A stretch of 64,000 nt of DNA from Candidatus Hodarchaeota archaeon (GCA_048887225.1 JBHLJY010000001.1:32388-96387), one strand, 5' to 3'; positions 1-10,030 are shown, counted from the first letter of the stretch. Notes: a model not told the origin generated them from the sequence alone. A program made the numbers and translations.

Positions 1-1
1 T

Positions 2-1141
2 GCCACTGGTGTAGCTGAGCTTGATGAAGAACAAGCAGCTCTATTTAGACAATTATTTGATAATAAAGATCCAGACGCGTTTACGAGAAATGCATATGAT
101 ATTAAAAGTATTTTAGACGCCATAAAGGAAAAAATATCAGAAGGTACAGAAGTCAATTATGCTAAAGGTTGTGAAATCCAAAACGATGATAAAAGTGGAT
201 TCGAAGAAGCAATCGAATTATCTAAAAAATCGGAAGTTGTAATCCTTATAATGGGAGAAAAGGCTGGATTGACAAGGGAATGTACTAGTGGTGAATCACG
301 CGACCGTTCTTCTTTAACTCTTCCAGGTGCCCAAGAAGGATTAGTTCGAGAAATTCACGCAACCGGGATTCCAATCGTCTTAGTGTTAATAAATGGTCGT
401 CCTCTTTCAATAGCCTGGGAAAAAGAAAATATTCCCGCCATATTAGAAGCATGGTTGCCTGGTGAAGAAGGAGGAAGGGCGATTGCTGATGTTTTGTTTG
501 GGGATTATAATCCTGGAGGAAAACTACCAATCTCTTTTCCACGAAGTGTAGGACAAATTCCAATTTATCATAACTGCAAACCTACTGGTGGTGTTTCTGT
601 GTGGGCATGGAATTATGTAGAAGAAAATACGACTCCTTTATTCCCCTTTGGATATGGTCTAAGTTATACTCAATTTGAGTATTCCAACTTAAAAATGAAT
701 AAATCTGAAGTGGATTCCCACGATAGTATTGAAATTTCTGTGGATATTAAAAATATTGGAAAGGTTAAAGGTGAAGAGGTGATCCAATTATATCTACACG
801 ATCAAGAAGCAACTGTTACAAGACCGATTGAAGAATTATTTGGTTTTAAACGGATAACATTAGACCCTGGAGAACAAGCTACGGTTGCTTTTACTGTTTC
901 AATGAAACAACTTGGATTTTACAATGAAAATATGGAATACATTGTAGAACCAGGAAATATTAGCGTTTACATAAGTAGTACGCACGCTAATCATGGTTCA
1001 GGTCAGTTAGACCTTTCCAAGGACCTTCTCGCTCAGAAAGACGTGAAATTGAAAGGTAAATTTAAAATAATAGGTGACGCCATAGATCTGAGTCAGGATA
1101 AGGAATTTTTCTCCAAAATCGTTATTAAAAAAAAAGGATAG
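2..1141 (+). CDS. Glycoside hydrolase family 3 (beta-glucosidase/BglX-like), C-terminal part; 5' end outside window
   Basis: Frame is open from base 2 (ATGVAELDEEQAALF...) into listed ORF 251-1141. GH3 C-terminal motifs LVLINGRPLSIAW and EAWLPGEEGGRAIADVLFGDYNPGGKLPISFPRSVGQIPIYHN, then an Fn3-like tail (EEVIQLYLHDQEATVTRPIEELFGFKRITLDPGE). Confidence 0.85.
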   Translation, partial: ATGVAELDEEQAALFRQLFDNKDPDAFTRNAYDIKSILDAIKEKISEGTEVNYAKGCEIQNDDKSGFEEAIELSKKSEVVILIMGEKAGLTRECTSGESRDRSSLTLPGAQEGLVREIHATGIPIVLVLINGRPLSIAWEKENIPAILEAWLPGEEGGRAIADVLFGDYNPGGKLPISFPRSVGQIPIYHNCKPTGGVSVWAWNYVEENTTPLFPFGYGLSYTQFEYSNLKMNKSEVDSHDSIEISVDIKNIGKVKGEEVIQLYLHDQEATVTRPIEELFGFKRITLDPGEQATVAFTVSMKQLGFYNENMEYIVEPGNISVYISSTHANHGSGQLDLSKDLLAQKDVKLKGKFKIIGDAIDLSQDKEFFSKIVIKKKG

Positions 1142-1157
1142 AGATGGTTTTTAATAC

Positions 1158-2210
1158 TTATTTTATTAAGCTATGAGCATTTTTCAATCTTTTTTCAGCA
1201 TCATTTACGATAGAATTAATAATATCTGGTACATTCTCTATACTATTTATAATCCCAATACTTTGACCTAATAGAACTGCTCCATCTTCAGTATCCCCCT
1301 CATAAATTACTCGGTAAGCAGTTGTTTCTTTTAACACATCTTCGGGAGACCAAGCTTTCTCTTGAGCAATCTTCTCTTCTTTACTTTCAACGAGACCGTG
1401 ATGTAGAGCATATCTATTTTTCCATAATCTAATTGGACCAAAGAATCCTGTGACTAAAATTGTATCTTGAGCATTAGCTGGAGGAACTATAGCTTTATAA
1501 TCTTTATGAAACTCACTCTCTTTTGATGCTATAAATCTGGATCCCATTGCTACAGCCCCAGCTCCCATAGATAAAGCAGCAGCTAAACCCTCGCCCGTTG
1601 CGAAACCCCCACAAGCAACAATAGGAATGTCGGGATATTTTTTTACAACCTGTTGTAGAAGCACTAAAGTGCTCACTTTTTCATATGATTGATGTCCGCC
1701 ACCTTCGGTTCCAGTAATTACTAAACCATCCACTCCCGCATCAACGCATTTATCCGCAAGCCACAATGCAGGTGCTACGTGAAAATGTTTAATATTTGAG
1801 CCGCTTTCTTTCAATCTCTGATAGGGTTTACTTTGTGGAAGCATTCTTGACGATCCAGCGCTTGTAATTGCATAGATACATTGTTCTTTTAATTTTGGGT
1901 TACTTAAAATAAATTTTGGAATTCTTCGACATAAAAGCTCGGCATCTGGCTGTACCCTAGCAGTTCTAATATTAAATCCAAATGGTTTATCGGTATGTTC
2001 AACAACATATTCCATACTTTTTTTCATTACCTCAAGTGTATTTGTTTCGCCAATTTCTTTAGAAAAATCAGACGCATGGCTTATCACACCGAGGCCGCCA
2101 GCTTCAGACACTGCTACTGTTAAATCAGTAGTGTAAAAAGGCCCCATAGGCGCTGCAATAATAGGATGTTTAATTCCCAACATTTTGGTTATATTTGTTT
2201 CAATTACCAT
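1158..2210 (-). CDS. Nitronate monooxygenase / FabK-like NAD(P)H-dependent flavin oxidoreductase (NMO family)
   Basis: N-terminus MLGIKHPIIAAPMGPFYTTDLTVAVSEAGGLGVISH and ITGTEGGGHQS motif typical of the 2-nitropropane dioxygenase/NMO TIM-barrel family. Confidence 0.8.
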   Translation of the reverse strand: MVIETNITKMLGIKHPIIAAPMGPFYTTDLTVAVSEAGGLGVISHASDFSKEIGETNTLEVMKKSMEYVVEHTDKPFGFNIRTARVQPDAELLCRRIPKFILSNPKLKEQCIYAITSAGSSRMLPQSKPYQRLKESGSNIKHFHVAPALWLADKCVDAGVDGLVITGTEGGGHQSYEKVSTLVLLQQVVKKYPDIPIVACGGFATGEGLAAALSMGAGAVAMGSRFIASKESEFHKDYKAIVPPANAQDTILVTGFFGPIRLWKNRYALHHGLVESKEEKIAQEKAWSPEDVLKETTAYRVIYEGDTEDGAVLLGQSIGIINSIENVPDIINSIVNDAEKRLKNAHSLIK

Positions 2211-2366
2211 ACCATACTTACCTCTCTTGATTAATCTTTCAAAAATGAATTAATTAAAAATAGAATTTTAGAATTAAAAAAATTATATGTTTGATGAAAA
2301 AGACTTTTTACATAATAATCAGTAAAATTTGGAAATATTTAAATTAAGGTTTCTATAAACGAAATT

Positions 2367-3635
2367 ATGTCCACTTTTGATGTAATCGTAATTGGCGCAG
2401 GAATTTCGGGGGCATCATTTGCGTGTAAAATTTCCAAATACGCAAAAACATTGGTTCTTGAAGCTAAAGATGAAAATGACCTTTCAATTACAACTAATAT
2501 TTTTCCTGAACACAATAGACGGTTTTTAAGCGAAGTAGACTACTCTGATAAATCACTTTTTCCATGTGTTCATTATAAAATCAATTATATGGATAAAAAA
2601 TACTTTGGAGTCATTGATTCGACCGAATTTGGAGAGCCCTTTGGATATATAAGCCATTCTGAAAATATTTTAAGAAGTTTACTCCAAAAATGTGAAAATC
2701 AAGGTGGCATAATCAAGTATAATGAAAAAGTATCAAAGGTTAAAAGAACTAGCGAAAAAGTTGAAGTTTTAACGAGTAAAGGTCAGTCTTACTCAGGAAA
2801 GCTTTTAGCCATTGCTACTGGTTCGCATTATTTTGAACTACAAAAGTCTTTGGGATTTAGCGCTCCAGATTCATATATGGGAATTCATACGCATCTTTAC
2901 GGCGACGAGGATACATTAAACGAGAATTTAGAATGGGATTATGTTTTTCATATTAATCGAAAAATAAGTCAAAATGGCCCTTTATTTTTTAACAAAGGAA
3001 AAGAAAGACTTTTCTTAGGATTTTTAGGTAATCAGAAGGATAATTCTGCTGATATTGTAAATAAATTAGATAGAATCTTAAATAACTATCAACCAATCCA
3101 ACCTTTTATTAGAGGATTAAAAAGAGGGCCAAAAACCATTGTTGGTAAAATATCAAAGCATCCTCTCAAAATTTTATCTAACGATCGAACGTTGGTATTA
3201 GGAGAAGCAGGGGGCTTAGTTACAGCATTTTTTTACGAAGGTTTTTTAGGCGGGCTTGCGTCTGCTGATATTGCTGCTTCAGTGTTAAAACCATTATTAG
3301 AAGCAAATAGTAATTTTACTCGTGAAGAACTAAAAAGATACGATCAAAAACTTTATCAAATTTTAATAAATACATATTTTAAGACAAACCTCGCATCTGA
3401 ATACTTATTTTATCATTCTGGATCTAAAATTAAGATTTTATGGGAGACTTATTGCCAATTTATTAAAGAAAGTAGAACCCTTCGAAGGTATATATGGGAG
3501 GCAATACGACGCCACGATTTAGAAAACCATGATCTGTCTAGAGACAGATGGACAGGTGAGCAAATATTTAAAAAACTCCCTTTTTTGGCAAAAGCAACTA
3601 CACTTACTCATTTTTTAAAGGCTTTAATGAAATAA
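2367..3635 (+). CDS. FAD-dependent oxidoreductase, geranylgeranyl-reductase-like family
   Basis: Rossmann motif FDVIVIGAGISGASFA at the N-terminus and GEAGGLVTAFFYEG (GDAAG-like) motif. Length is about 420 aa. Confidence 0.7.
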   Translation: MSTFDVIVIGAGISGASFACKISKYAKTLVLEAKDENDLSITTNIFPEHNRRFLSEVDYSDKSLFPCVHYKINYMDKKYFGVIDSTEFGEPFGYISHSENILRSLLQKCENQGGIIKYNEKVSKVKRTSEKVEVLTSKGQSYSGKLLAIATGSHYFELQKSLGFSAPDSYMGIHTHLYGDEDTLNENLEWDYVFHINRKISQNGPLFFNKGKERLFLGFLGNQKDNSADIVNKLDRILNNYQPIQPFIRGLKRGPKTIVGKISKHPLKILSNDRTLVLGEAGGLVTAFFYEGFLGGLASADIAASVLKPLLEANSNFTREELKRYDQKLYQILINTYFKTNLASEYLFYHSGSKIKILWETYCQFIKESRTLRRYIWEAIRRHDLENHDLSRDRWTGEQIFKKLPFLAKATTLTHFLKALMK

Positions 3636-3675
3636 TAACGATCCAAATTGACTAAATTATTTTAATTATTATTTT

Positions 3676-4602
3676 TTAAAACCTAACGGTTCGTAATTGT
3701 TCAGACATTCCAGTACCAATTTCACCAGTTTCTAAGTCTTTCATGAATACCATTTGTTCAAAAAGTTCTGTGTAGCCCTCCAGGAAATCTCTTGCAAAAC
3801 GGACATACGAATTTTCTTCAATTCGAGTCGCCTCAATTCTGTAAGATTTTCCTTCTGCATCAGTGAAAGAATAAATTGATTTGAGTGGGCTTTTTAATTT
3901 ATCGTTATCGTTGGTTGTTTCTATTTCCATTTGAGTAAGAGGGATGTTTTCATTTTTTCTTGCGACATATCCAGATAAATTTATTCTATCTCCTATGTAA
4001 TCTTTTCGGAATCCAGCAGACCAATTTTTGTATTGGAAATGCCCGGCAAACCATTTGTCAAACTGATGCCAATCTCTAAATCCCCAACTTTTGTCGCGTT
4101 GGCCATAACCATTAATTTTGCGCTCTTCACCATCTTTAAATAACATTTCACCACTAATAATGCCTGATGCTTCAAAATGTTCATGCCAAGAGCCTGAAGA
4201 ATCTGTTCCAAAACTATGATTAGGAAATCTTGTTTCGAATGTCAAGTTCATTTTAAATTTTCGAGATTTATAAATTATTTGCCACGTTTGAAGAGGTTTG
4301 ATGATTTTAAACGCGAGTTTTTTATATTGAAGCATATAATCAACATCATTAATATATTTCTCTAATACAGGTTCTTGGTAATAAAACTCTCTTTTATTAT
4401 CCATAAAGAGGAGGAAAACGAATTCTCTTCTTTTTTCATTTGGTACTATTCCGATGGTCGAAAAACCGGAGATTTTATTTTCAAGGTCAACCCAATTAAA
4501 ATAATAAGATTCTCGCCATTTCAAAGTCTTGTCAGGTTGATGAAGTAAATCATCTTCGTCCTTAAGGATTGATTGCCCTCTTGTTGGTTTCGTAATAATC
4601 AC
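3676..4602 (-). CDS. Hypothetical protein, possibly AttH/CrtC-like beta-barrel hydratase fold
   Basis: 308-aa ORF whose start overlaps by 4 nt the stop of the upstream ORF 4599-5756. The motif KWRESYYFNWVD...GFSTIGIV resembles the W-x-WWYF signature of the second CrtC-like ORF at 57942-59012. Weak call. Confidence 0.45.
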   Translation of the reverse strand: MIITKPTRGQSILKDEDDLLHQPDKTLKWRESYYFNWVDLENKISGFSTIGIVPNEKRREFVFLLFMDNKREFYYQEPVLEKYINDVDYMLQYKKLAFKIIKPLQTWQIIYKSRKFKMNLTFETRFPNHSFGTDSSGSWHEHFEASGIISGEMLFKDGEERKINGYGQRDKSWGFRDWHQFDKWFAGHFQYKNWSAGFRKDYIGDRINLSGYVARKNENIPLTQMEIETTNDNDKLKSPLKSIYSFTDAEGKSYRIEATRIEENSYVRFARDFLEGYTELFEQMVFMKDLETGEIGTGMSEQLRTVRF

Positions 4603-5756
4603 TCCTCGGCAAGTAAATAAAGTGAGGGACCTCCTTTCTTTTTCTTTGCTTTACTCCTAAAATGTCGCGTAATCCCTTGGTCAAAATCGGTTTCCATAAA
4701 TTCTGGAACGTATTTTTCCATGGTTCGTTCTGTGAGATCCCAGTTTATTTGGTCAGTAATTCCTACAAAATTAGTATAACGGGCATAACCATAGCAATAT
4801 GCAAAGGCACCAGCAAGCAAGCGTTGTTTCCTGTCCCATTTAGAAAATTTTACATACAATTCTCTTTGAGCCTTTGTTGCGTATTCAAAGAATCCATCTA
4901 AGACATCAAAATTAAGGGGTATTATATCATCTCCATCCCTCGTTAATAACACTGCACCTGTTATTCTATCTCCCCATGTTACTGGTTCTGTTGTCATTGT
5001 GGCGAAATTATCAATCTTAGCTTTGACATTTTTTAATCGGTAAGCAAAAGCAATGTTGCTATAGGGGGCTTTAGCTTTTGTTTCTGACCAAGGAAAGTGG
5101 GGTTTTCTACCATCATAAAGATGAGAAATTTCTCTGCAAACCAAAATTTCTTCATCGTTGATATTATAAGGACCATGATCACATAGTTTCGCACGAGCTT
5201 CACACTCATCAAGAAACGAGAATACTTCTAGATTTGCCATCGTTTTCCTAATTTTTTTTGCTTGATCATTTGAAACATCCTTGATTTGTTCTATAGTCCA
5301 ATTGATATCTGGTTGATCTAAGGCTATATTATTCCCATTCGCTTCGCTGACAAATAGTTCTCCTCCAGGAAAATATGAAGATGCGAGGCGTTTCCAGAAA
5401 TCTAAAATAAAAATTGTTTGTTTTCTTTTCTCCTCAGATTCGGAGTTTAGATCGCCATTATTTCTGTGAATTTCACCCATTCGACCTTCCATATAATATA
5501 ATGGGATATAGTTAATAGTTAAAGCTTGTAGTTCTGAAAGAATCTTTCTAGATTCTTCGCCCATTTGTTCTGGTGTTGTTTTTTCAGCAACTTTTTTTAA
5601 AATATCATGAAGCATGTCGTAGGAATTATAAAATGAAACACATATATAGGCCGTTACTGGAAATAATTGGGTTTCTAAAAGACCTCGTGTTTGTACTTGA
5701 TAATCAAAAATATCGGAGAGATATATTATAAGTTCATTTGCTTCTTTAACATTCAT
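4599..5756 (-). CDS. Hypothetical protein (no recognisable motif)
   Basis: 385-aa ORF, translationally coupled (4-nt overlap) to 3676-4602. Non-repetitive composition; the antisense ORF 4662-4901 looks spurious. Confidence 0.6.
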   Translation of the reverse strand: MNVKEANELIIYLSDIFDYQVQTRGLLETQLFPVTAYICVSFYNSYDMLHDILKKVAEKTTPEQMGEESRKILSELQALTINYIPLYYMEGRMGEIHRNNGDLNSESEEKRKQTIFILDFWKRLASSYFPGGELFVSEANGNNIALDQPDINWTIEQIKDVSNDQAKKIRKTMANLEVFSFLDECEARAKLCDHGPYNINDEEILVCREISHLYDGRKPHFPWSETKAKAPYSNIAFAYRLKNVKAKIDNFATMTTEPVTWGDRITGAVLLTRDGDDIIPLNFDVLDGFFEYATKAQRELYVKFSKWDRKQRLLAGAFAYCYGYARYTNFVGITDQINWDLTERTMEKYVPEFMETDFDQGITRHFRSKAKKKKGGPSLYLLAEE

Positions 5757-5838
5757 TTGGACTCATATGATAGGTTTTAAGTAATAAGTTTATTCTCTAA
5801 TTTTATTTTCATGTAACTTCACTATTTAAAAATTTTTA

Positions 5839-7065
5839 TTACTTTTTGGGAGGTTTTAGAATAAATGTAATCATAGTTGCTCCAATAGACATTATACCCA
5901 TTACAATAAACAGAACTATATACCCACCTAAAAGGGTAACAAATGTTAAAACCATAGTTGCACCTAAGAATCCCGCTATTCCATATGAAGTAAAAACTAC
6001 ACCGTAATTTTCACCTAAATTTTTAGTTCCGAATAAATCACTAGTGGCTGTTGGGAACATCGCAAAATTACCTCCAAAGCAGTAGTAAATCGAACATACC
6101 CAGATTAAAAAGAAAATTATGCTTCCACTAGTGAAAAAAAGAGTAATCATTAAGAATCCCTGAATCGTAAACATAATCATCATTGCCTTCTTGTAATAGA
6201 TTATATCTGATAATTTACCCCAGAAAACTCTGCCCACTCCATTAAATAAAGCCGCCAAGCTCCCAACTAGTACTAAAAAGTCGAAGTCATTTATAGGATA
6301 ACCAGCGTTTGATTTGGCAAATGAACTATATGCCCCAATGGTCATTAAACCACATATTGCGCTAAAAACGAATGTTGTCCACAACATCCAAAATTGTTTG
6401 TGTTTTACCATTTCTTTACGATTTAAGTCAAGTCCAGAAATCCCAGTATCATCAGAAGGAGGTGGTGGTGTCCAGTTAGCTGGTGTCCATCCTTCAGGAG
6501 GGTCATTTAATGTCATTGCACCACCTAAAACAAATGCTAAATATATTATTCCAAGAAGGATAAACATTGTAGGTATACTTAAAACTGAAAGCCATTTGAT
6601 GAAATAATTAAATAAAAAAGCTCCTGCCCCAAATCCAGCAACAGCTATACCATTAATAAACCCTTTCTTGTCAGGAAACCATTTGGCAGCACAAGCTATA
6701 GGACAAACATAAGTAAAACCAATCCCTGCACCAAATATAATACCATAAGTAATCAATAGTCCAATAAATGATGTCATTCCAGCAGAGGCGATTGCTCCAA
6801 TCCCTATAAGTATACCTCCAATTATTGCTATCTTTTTAGGACCGTACTTTTGTTGAAGCTTTCCAGCAAATATCATTGTAAAACCGAAAAATAATAAGCT
6901 CACACCAAATATATAGACGGTAACCTCCGCGGGTTCTTTTAAAAATGCGCCCCCACTAATAAATAGAGATAAAGTACCCCATGAATATATGGAACCAAGT
7001 GCTAATTGTACTAATATTGCTCCAATAACTACAATCCATCGATTCTTGAATTCTTCTTGAGACAT
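5839..7065 (-). CDS. MFS transporter, oxalate/formate antiporter (OFA)-like family
   Basis: About 12 hydrophobic segments. N-terminal WIVVIGAILVQLALGSIYSWGTLS motif is typical of OFA-family MFS proteins. Confidence 0.8.
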   Translation of the reverse strand: MSQEEFKNRWIVVIGAILVQLALGSIYSWGTLSLFISGGAFLKEPAEVTVYIFGVSLLFFGFTMIFAGKLQQKYGPKKIAIIGGILIGIGAIASAGMTSFIGLLITYGIIFGAGIGFTYVCPIACAAKWFPDKKGFINGIAVAGFGAGAFLFNYFIKWLSVLSIPTMFILLGIIYLAFVLGGAMTLNDPPEGWTPANWTPPPPSDDTGISGLDLNRKEMVKHKQFWMLWTTFVFSAICGLMTIGAYSSFAKSNAGYPINDFDFLVLVGSLAALFNGVGRVFWGKLSDIIYYKKAMMIMFTIQGFLMITLFFTSGSIIFFLIWVCSIYYCFGGNFAMFPTATSDLFGTKNLGENYGVVFTSYGIAGFLGATMVLTFVTLLGGYIVLFIVMGIMSIGATMITFILKPPKK

Positions 7066-7256
7066 TTTTTTGGAAACTTAAACATAATTTAATTAGTTTT
7101 AAAAATTCTATTAAGGATAAAAAGATTTCATTAATATTTTAATGGCAGAGTTATCAAAAGAATTTGAATGTATCTTCATTAGATTTTTTGCAGTCAAAAG
7201 ATTCAATTGTTATCTTCATTTAAATTAAAAACTATATAAATCTTGAAGTTTTTTTT

Positions 7257-7619
7257 ATGTTAATGGAAATAATTGGAGAAGGCTTATCTTGTTCTTCCAA
7301 ATCGGAAGTAATAGGAGAATTCGTATATATTAAGACAGCTGAGGATGTAATAAATTTATTTGATAGCGCTAACGGAAAGATAAGCATTGTAGAGGAGGCA
7401 GGAACTACAACGTTAGGTCCTATTCTATCTGAATTAACTGGCGTAATTTGTACAACGGGCTCAGGTGGTTCTCATCTAGCAATAGTTTCGCGAGAATTTG
7501 ATCTTCCTTGTATAATGGGCACAGAGTTTAAAGTAGATGATATAAATTCTTTAAATGGTAGAAAAGGCAAGATTTCTACTCAAAATAACGATAAAGGAAC
7601 AATATCCTTGGTTGAGTAA
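7257..7619 (+). CDS. PEP-utilising enzyme mobile (swivelling phospho-histidine) domain protein, stand-alone
   Basis: IVEEAGTTTLGPILSELTGVICTTGSGGSHLAIVSREFDLPCIMG matches the PEP-utilizers swivel domain with the catalytic His in GGSH. Confidence 0.75.
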   Translation: MLMEIIGEGLSCSSKSEVIGEFVYIKTAEDVINLFDSANGKISIVEEAGTTTLGPILSELTGVICTTGSGGSHLAIVSREFDLPCIMGTEFKVDDINSLNGRKGKISTQNNDKGTISLVE

Positions 7620-8613
7620 TTTTAAAAAATTGAAAAAATTGAAATATATAATATTTTTTTCTGAAGCGACACCTAATCCTGATTTATTAGGGGGAAAAGG
7701 ATCAAACATAATCAAATTATATGAATTGAATATAAACGTGCCCCCAGGTTTTATTATCACCACTAATTCTTATAATAAATTTCTTAAAGAATCAGAAAAC
7801 TGTTATCAGTTAATACAATTATTGGAGAACGATTTAAATCCGAAAGTGGTATTAGACTTGTCCAAAAAAATTAAAGATTTAATGTTAAAAATCCAAATTC
7901 CGTCAGAAATAATTGAAGAACTTAAACAAGCCTATGGTATTCTATGTAAAGAAACTGACAGCACTTCGTCTTTTGCTGTCAGATCTTCGGCAAATATTGA
8001 GGATTCAAGCACTTTCTCGTTTGCTGGACAAGCGGAAACTTATTTATACAATAATTCTTTTGACGATATATTAGAATCTCTAAAAAATTGCTGGATTTCT
8101 CTATTTTCTCCACAAGCACTGTTATATATAAATCAAATGAAAAAAAAAGGCATAACTTTCTCTTTATTAGATATCCAAATGGCAGTAATTATCCAAAAAA
8201 TGGTCAATTCGCAAATTTCGGGAGTTTTATTTACTGCAAATGTGATTAATAATAACAAAAACGAGATGCTAATAAATTCAACATGGGGTCTTGGTGAAAC
8301 TATAGCTAACAATATGATTATTCCCGATACATTTATAATAAATAAAAAAGAATTTGAAATAATTAAAGCTATGATGGGGAAAAAGGAGAAAATAGCGATT
8401 AAGAATCCTCACGGTTCACACACCATTTTGATAGAGACAGAACCAAAATCTAAGGTAAAATACTCATTAAGTGAGGAACAATTACGCCAACTTCACAAAT
8501 TAGGATTAACCCTCGAAAATAGGTTCAATTATCCTCAAGATATAGAATGGGCAATAGAAAAAGACGTGATTTATACTTTACAAACCCGACCTATTACAAC
8601 CCTTAAGAAGTAA
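7555..8613 (+). CDS. Pyruvate phosphate dikinase / PEP synthase N-terminal ATP-grasp (PPDK_N) domain protein; start uncertain
   Basis: LLGGKGSNIIKLYELNINVPPGFIITTNSY, FAVRSSANIEDSSTFSFAGQAETYL and IQKMVNSQISGVLFTAN are PPDK_N motifs. The only in-frame ATG (7555) overlaps the previous gene by 65 nt. In-frame TTG codons at 7630 and 7639 are alternative starts. Confidence 0.75.
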   Translation: MVEKARFLLKITIKEQYPWLSNFKKLKKLKYIIFFSEATPNPDLLGGKGSNIIKLYELNINVPPGFIITTNSYNKFLKESENCYQLIQLLENDLNPKVVLDLSKKIKDLMLKIQIPSEIIEELKQAYGILCKETDSTSSFAVRSSANIEDSSTFSFAGQAETYLYNNSFDDILESLKNCWISLFSPQALLYINQMKKKGITFSLLDIQMAVIIQKMVNSQISGVLFTANVINNNKNEMLINSTWGLGETIANNMIIPDTFIINKKEFEIIKAMMGKKEKIAIKNPHGSHTILIETEPKSKVKYSLSEEQLRQLHKLGLTLENRFNYPQDIEWAIEKDVIYTLQTRPITTLKK

Positions 8614-8620
8614 TTTATAA

Positions 8621-10030
8621 TCAGAGTCCTTTATCCCGTAAATTGGCTTTTAAGGTATATAATTTTTCACCTTTTAGATCGTATCCTATTAACATAATAA
8701 CACCCGCCACAAAGCAGAAAATCATTGGGATCAAAGCTTGATGAACTCGAACGCCCCATACTGCTAATGATGTTTGAACAGCATTTAGATCTTGAGTATA
8801 TCCCGTTAAAATGTGAATCCCTCCTATAATTAGGGCTTGAAGGATAACTGCGATGCGTAAAAAAATTACTCTAATTCCAAAGAGTGTCGCTTCTTGATGT
8901 CTTTCGCAAGCATTAGTAACTTCATCGTAGCAATCTGATGTAATCGGTAAAACCATTACAGTATAGCATGAACTTGCTATACCACGAAATGCAGAATAGA
9001 AAGTAGCCTCTTGCCAGGTTGTTAACCACAAATATGGTATATAAGCAGCCCCAGATAGAAATATGCCAACAATAAATGTTGTCACATTCCCATATTTTCT
9101 AGCAAATATAACCCAGAAAGGTACAGATACCATGACAAAAATGAAATAAACTATAGTAGAGAAGATTGAAAAAAATATGGGCACTCCCAATACATCTTTA
9201 AAGAAATATATTCCTGAGGCCATATTTAACGCAATAGCAACATTGACTAATGTAATAGCAATCAAAGCTACCATGAAATTCCTCCTTTCAAAAGCATGTT
9301 TCATCATTTTTAAAAACGATATCCTTGACTCATCTTTATATCCTTGAAAATAACGCTCCTTTACTTCCGGTGATTCGTGGATACCTGGAATTAGTATAAT
9401 TACACAAATAGCTAAAACTAAAATACTTATAATCGCAGTTAAAACGAAAGTGCTCTTCTGCCCATATTTGATAATAAATAAAGGAATAATAGACAAGAAG
9501 AATAGGGTTATCCCAGGGAATATAAAAGCAAATGCACTTGCTCTTCTGCGTTCAAAATCTTCTCGGAATTGGTTAGCAAATCCTCCTTGAAAGTGTTCTT
9601 GAAAAATCATTATAAATGAACCGAATAGACATGATATTATTAATAAATACCAAAAAATAGGCCAAGGATTCAATTTAGCATTGATATTGGGTGGAGTATA
9701 GAGGAGTAAATAAAATAATAAAGTTGGAATGGCCGCTATTATCACCCAAGGAGCGCGAAATCCAATTTTCTTGGACCATCTATATGGCTTATCAGTCAAG
9801 TAACCTAAGAAAGGACTACTAATCATAACCCATACTGTAAATAAAATAAGCGCAAGAGAAACTAGTCCAACTTCTAAGCCTACTTCGACTTCGTAAAAAT
9901 AAAATATAAACGAGTTATAAGCTAACAGTAGATATAAACTAAGAATAAAACCAAAAGAATAAGATAACATTTTTCCCGTAGAAGCGATTTCCCATTTATT
10001 TTTCAAGTGATCGTAACTTTTTGTGGTCAT
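8621..10030 (-). CDS. Glycoside-pentoside-hexuronide (GPH/MelB-like) cation symporter family transporter
   Basis: 469 aa and polytopic. N-terminal GKMLSYSFGFILSLYLLLAYNSFIFYFYEVEVGL resembles the GPH family signature region. Confidence 0.7.
   Translation of the reverse strand: MTTKSYDHLKNKWEIASTGKMLSYSFGFILSLYLLLAYNSFIFYFYEVEVGLEVGLVSLALILFTVWVMISSPFLGYLTDKPYRWSKKIGFRAPWVIIAAIPTLLFYLLLYTPPNINAKLNPWPIFWYLLIISCLFGSFIMIFQEHFQGGFANQFREDFERRRASAFAFIFPGITLFFLSIIPLFIIKYGQKSTFVLTAIISILVLAICVIILIPGIHESPEVKERYFQGYKDESRISFLKMMKHAFERRNFMVALIAITLVNVAIALNMASGIYFFKDVLGVPIFFSIFSTIVYFIFVMVSVPFWVIFARKYGNVTTFIVGIFLSGAAYIPYLWLTTWQEATFYSAFRGIASSCYTVMVLPITSDCYDEVTNACERHQEATLFGIRVIFLRIAVILQALIIGGIHILTGYTQDLNAVQTSLAVWGVRVHQALIPMIFCFVAGVIMLIGYDLKGEKLYTLKANLRDKGL

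Noticed and set aside
285-563. Antisense or overlapping ORFs in the supplied track. Examples: 285-563, 3993-4211, 4662-4901, 6314-6607, 7551-7763, 10877-11068, 11768-12052, 12221-12433, 14106-14297, 15108-15296, 17506-17724, 20338-20661, 21352-21852, 25304-25657, 27722-27973, 28908-29222, 29530-29793, 31562-31810, 32573-32920, 33014-33313, 39754-40197, 55493-55729, 55989-56276, 59321-59736, 63032-63292.
   Set aside because: Each lies inside, and opposite to or out of frame with, a gene whose product carries clear family motifs. Their translations are low-complexity (Ser/Ile/Phe/Leu-rich), as expected from the antisense of AT-rich coding sequence. No independent motif was seen.
7143-7226. 27-codon ORF (MAELSKEFECIFIRFFAVKRFNCYLHL*) and 10-nt direct repeat tatcttcatt in the MFS / PEP-domain spacer
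   Set aside because: It is too short and compositionally unremarkable, has no ribosome-binding site, and is likely chance in AT-rich sequence.
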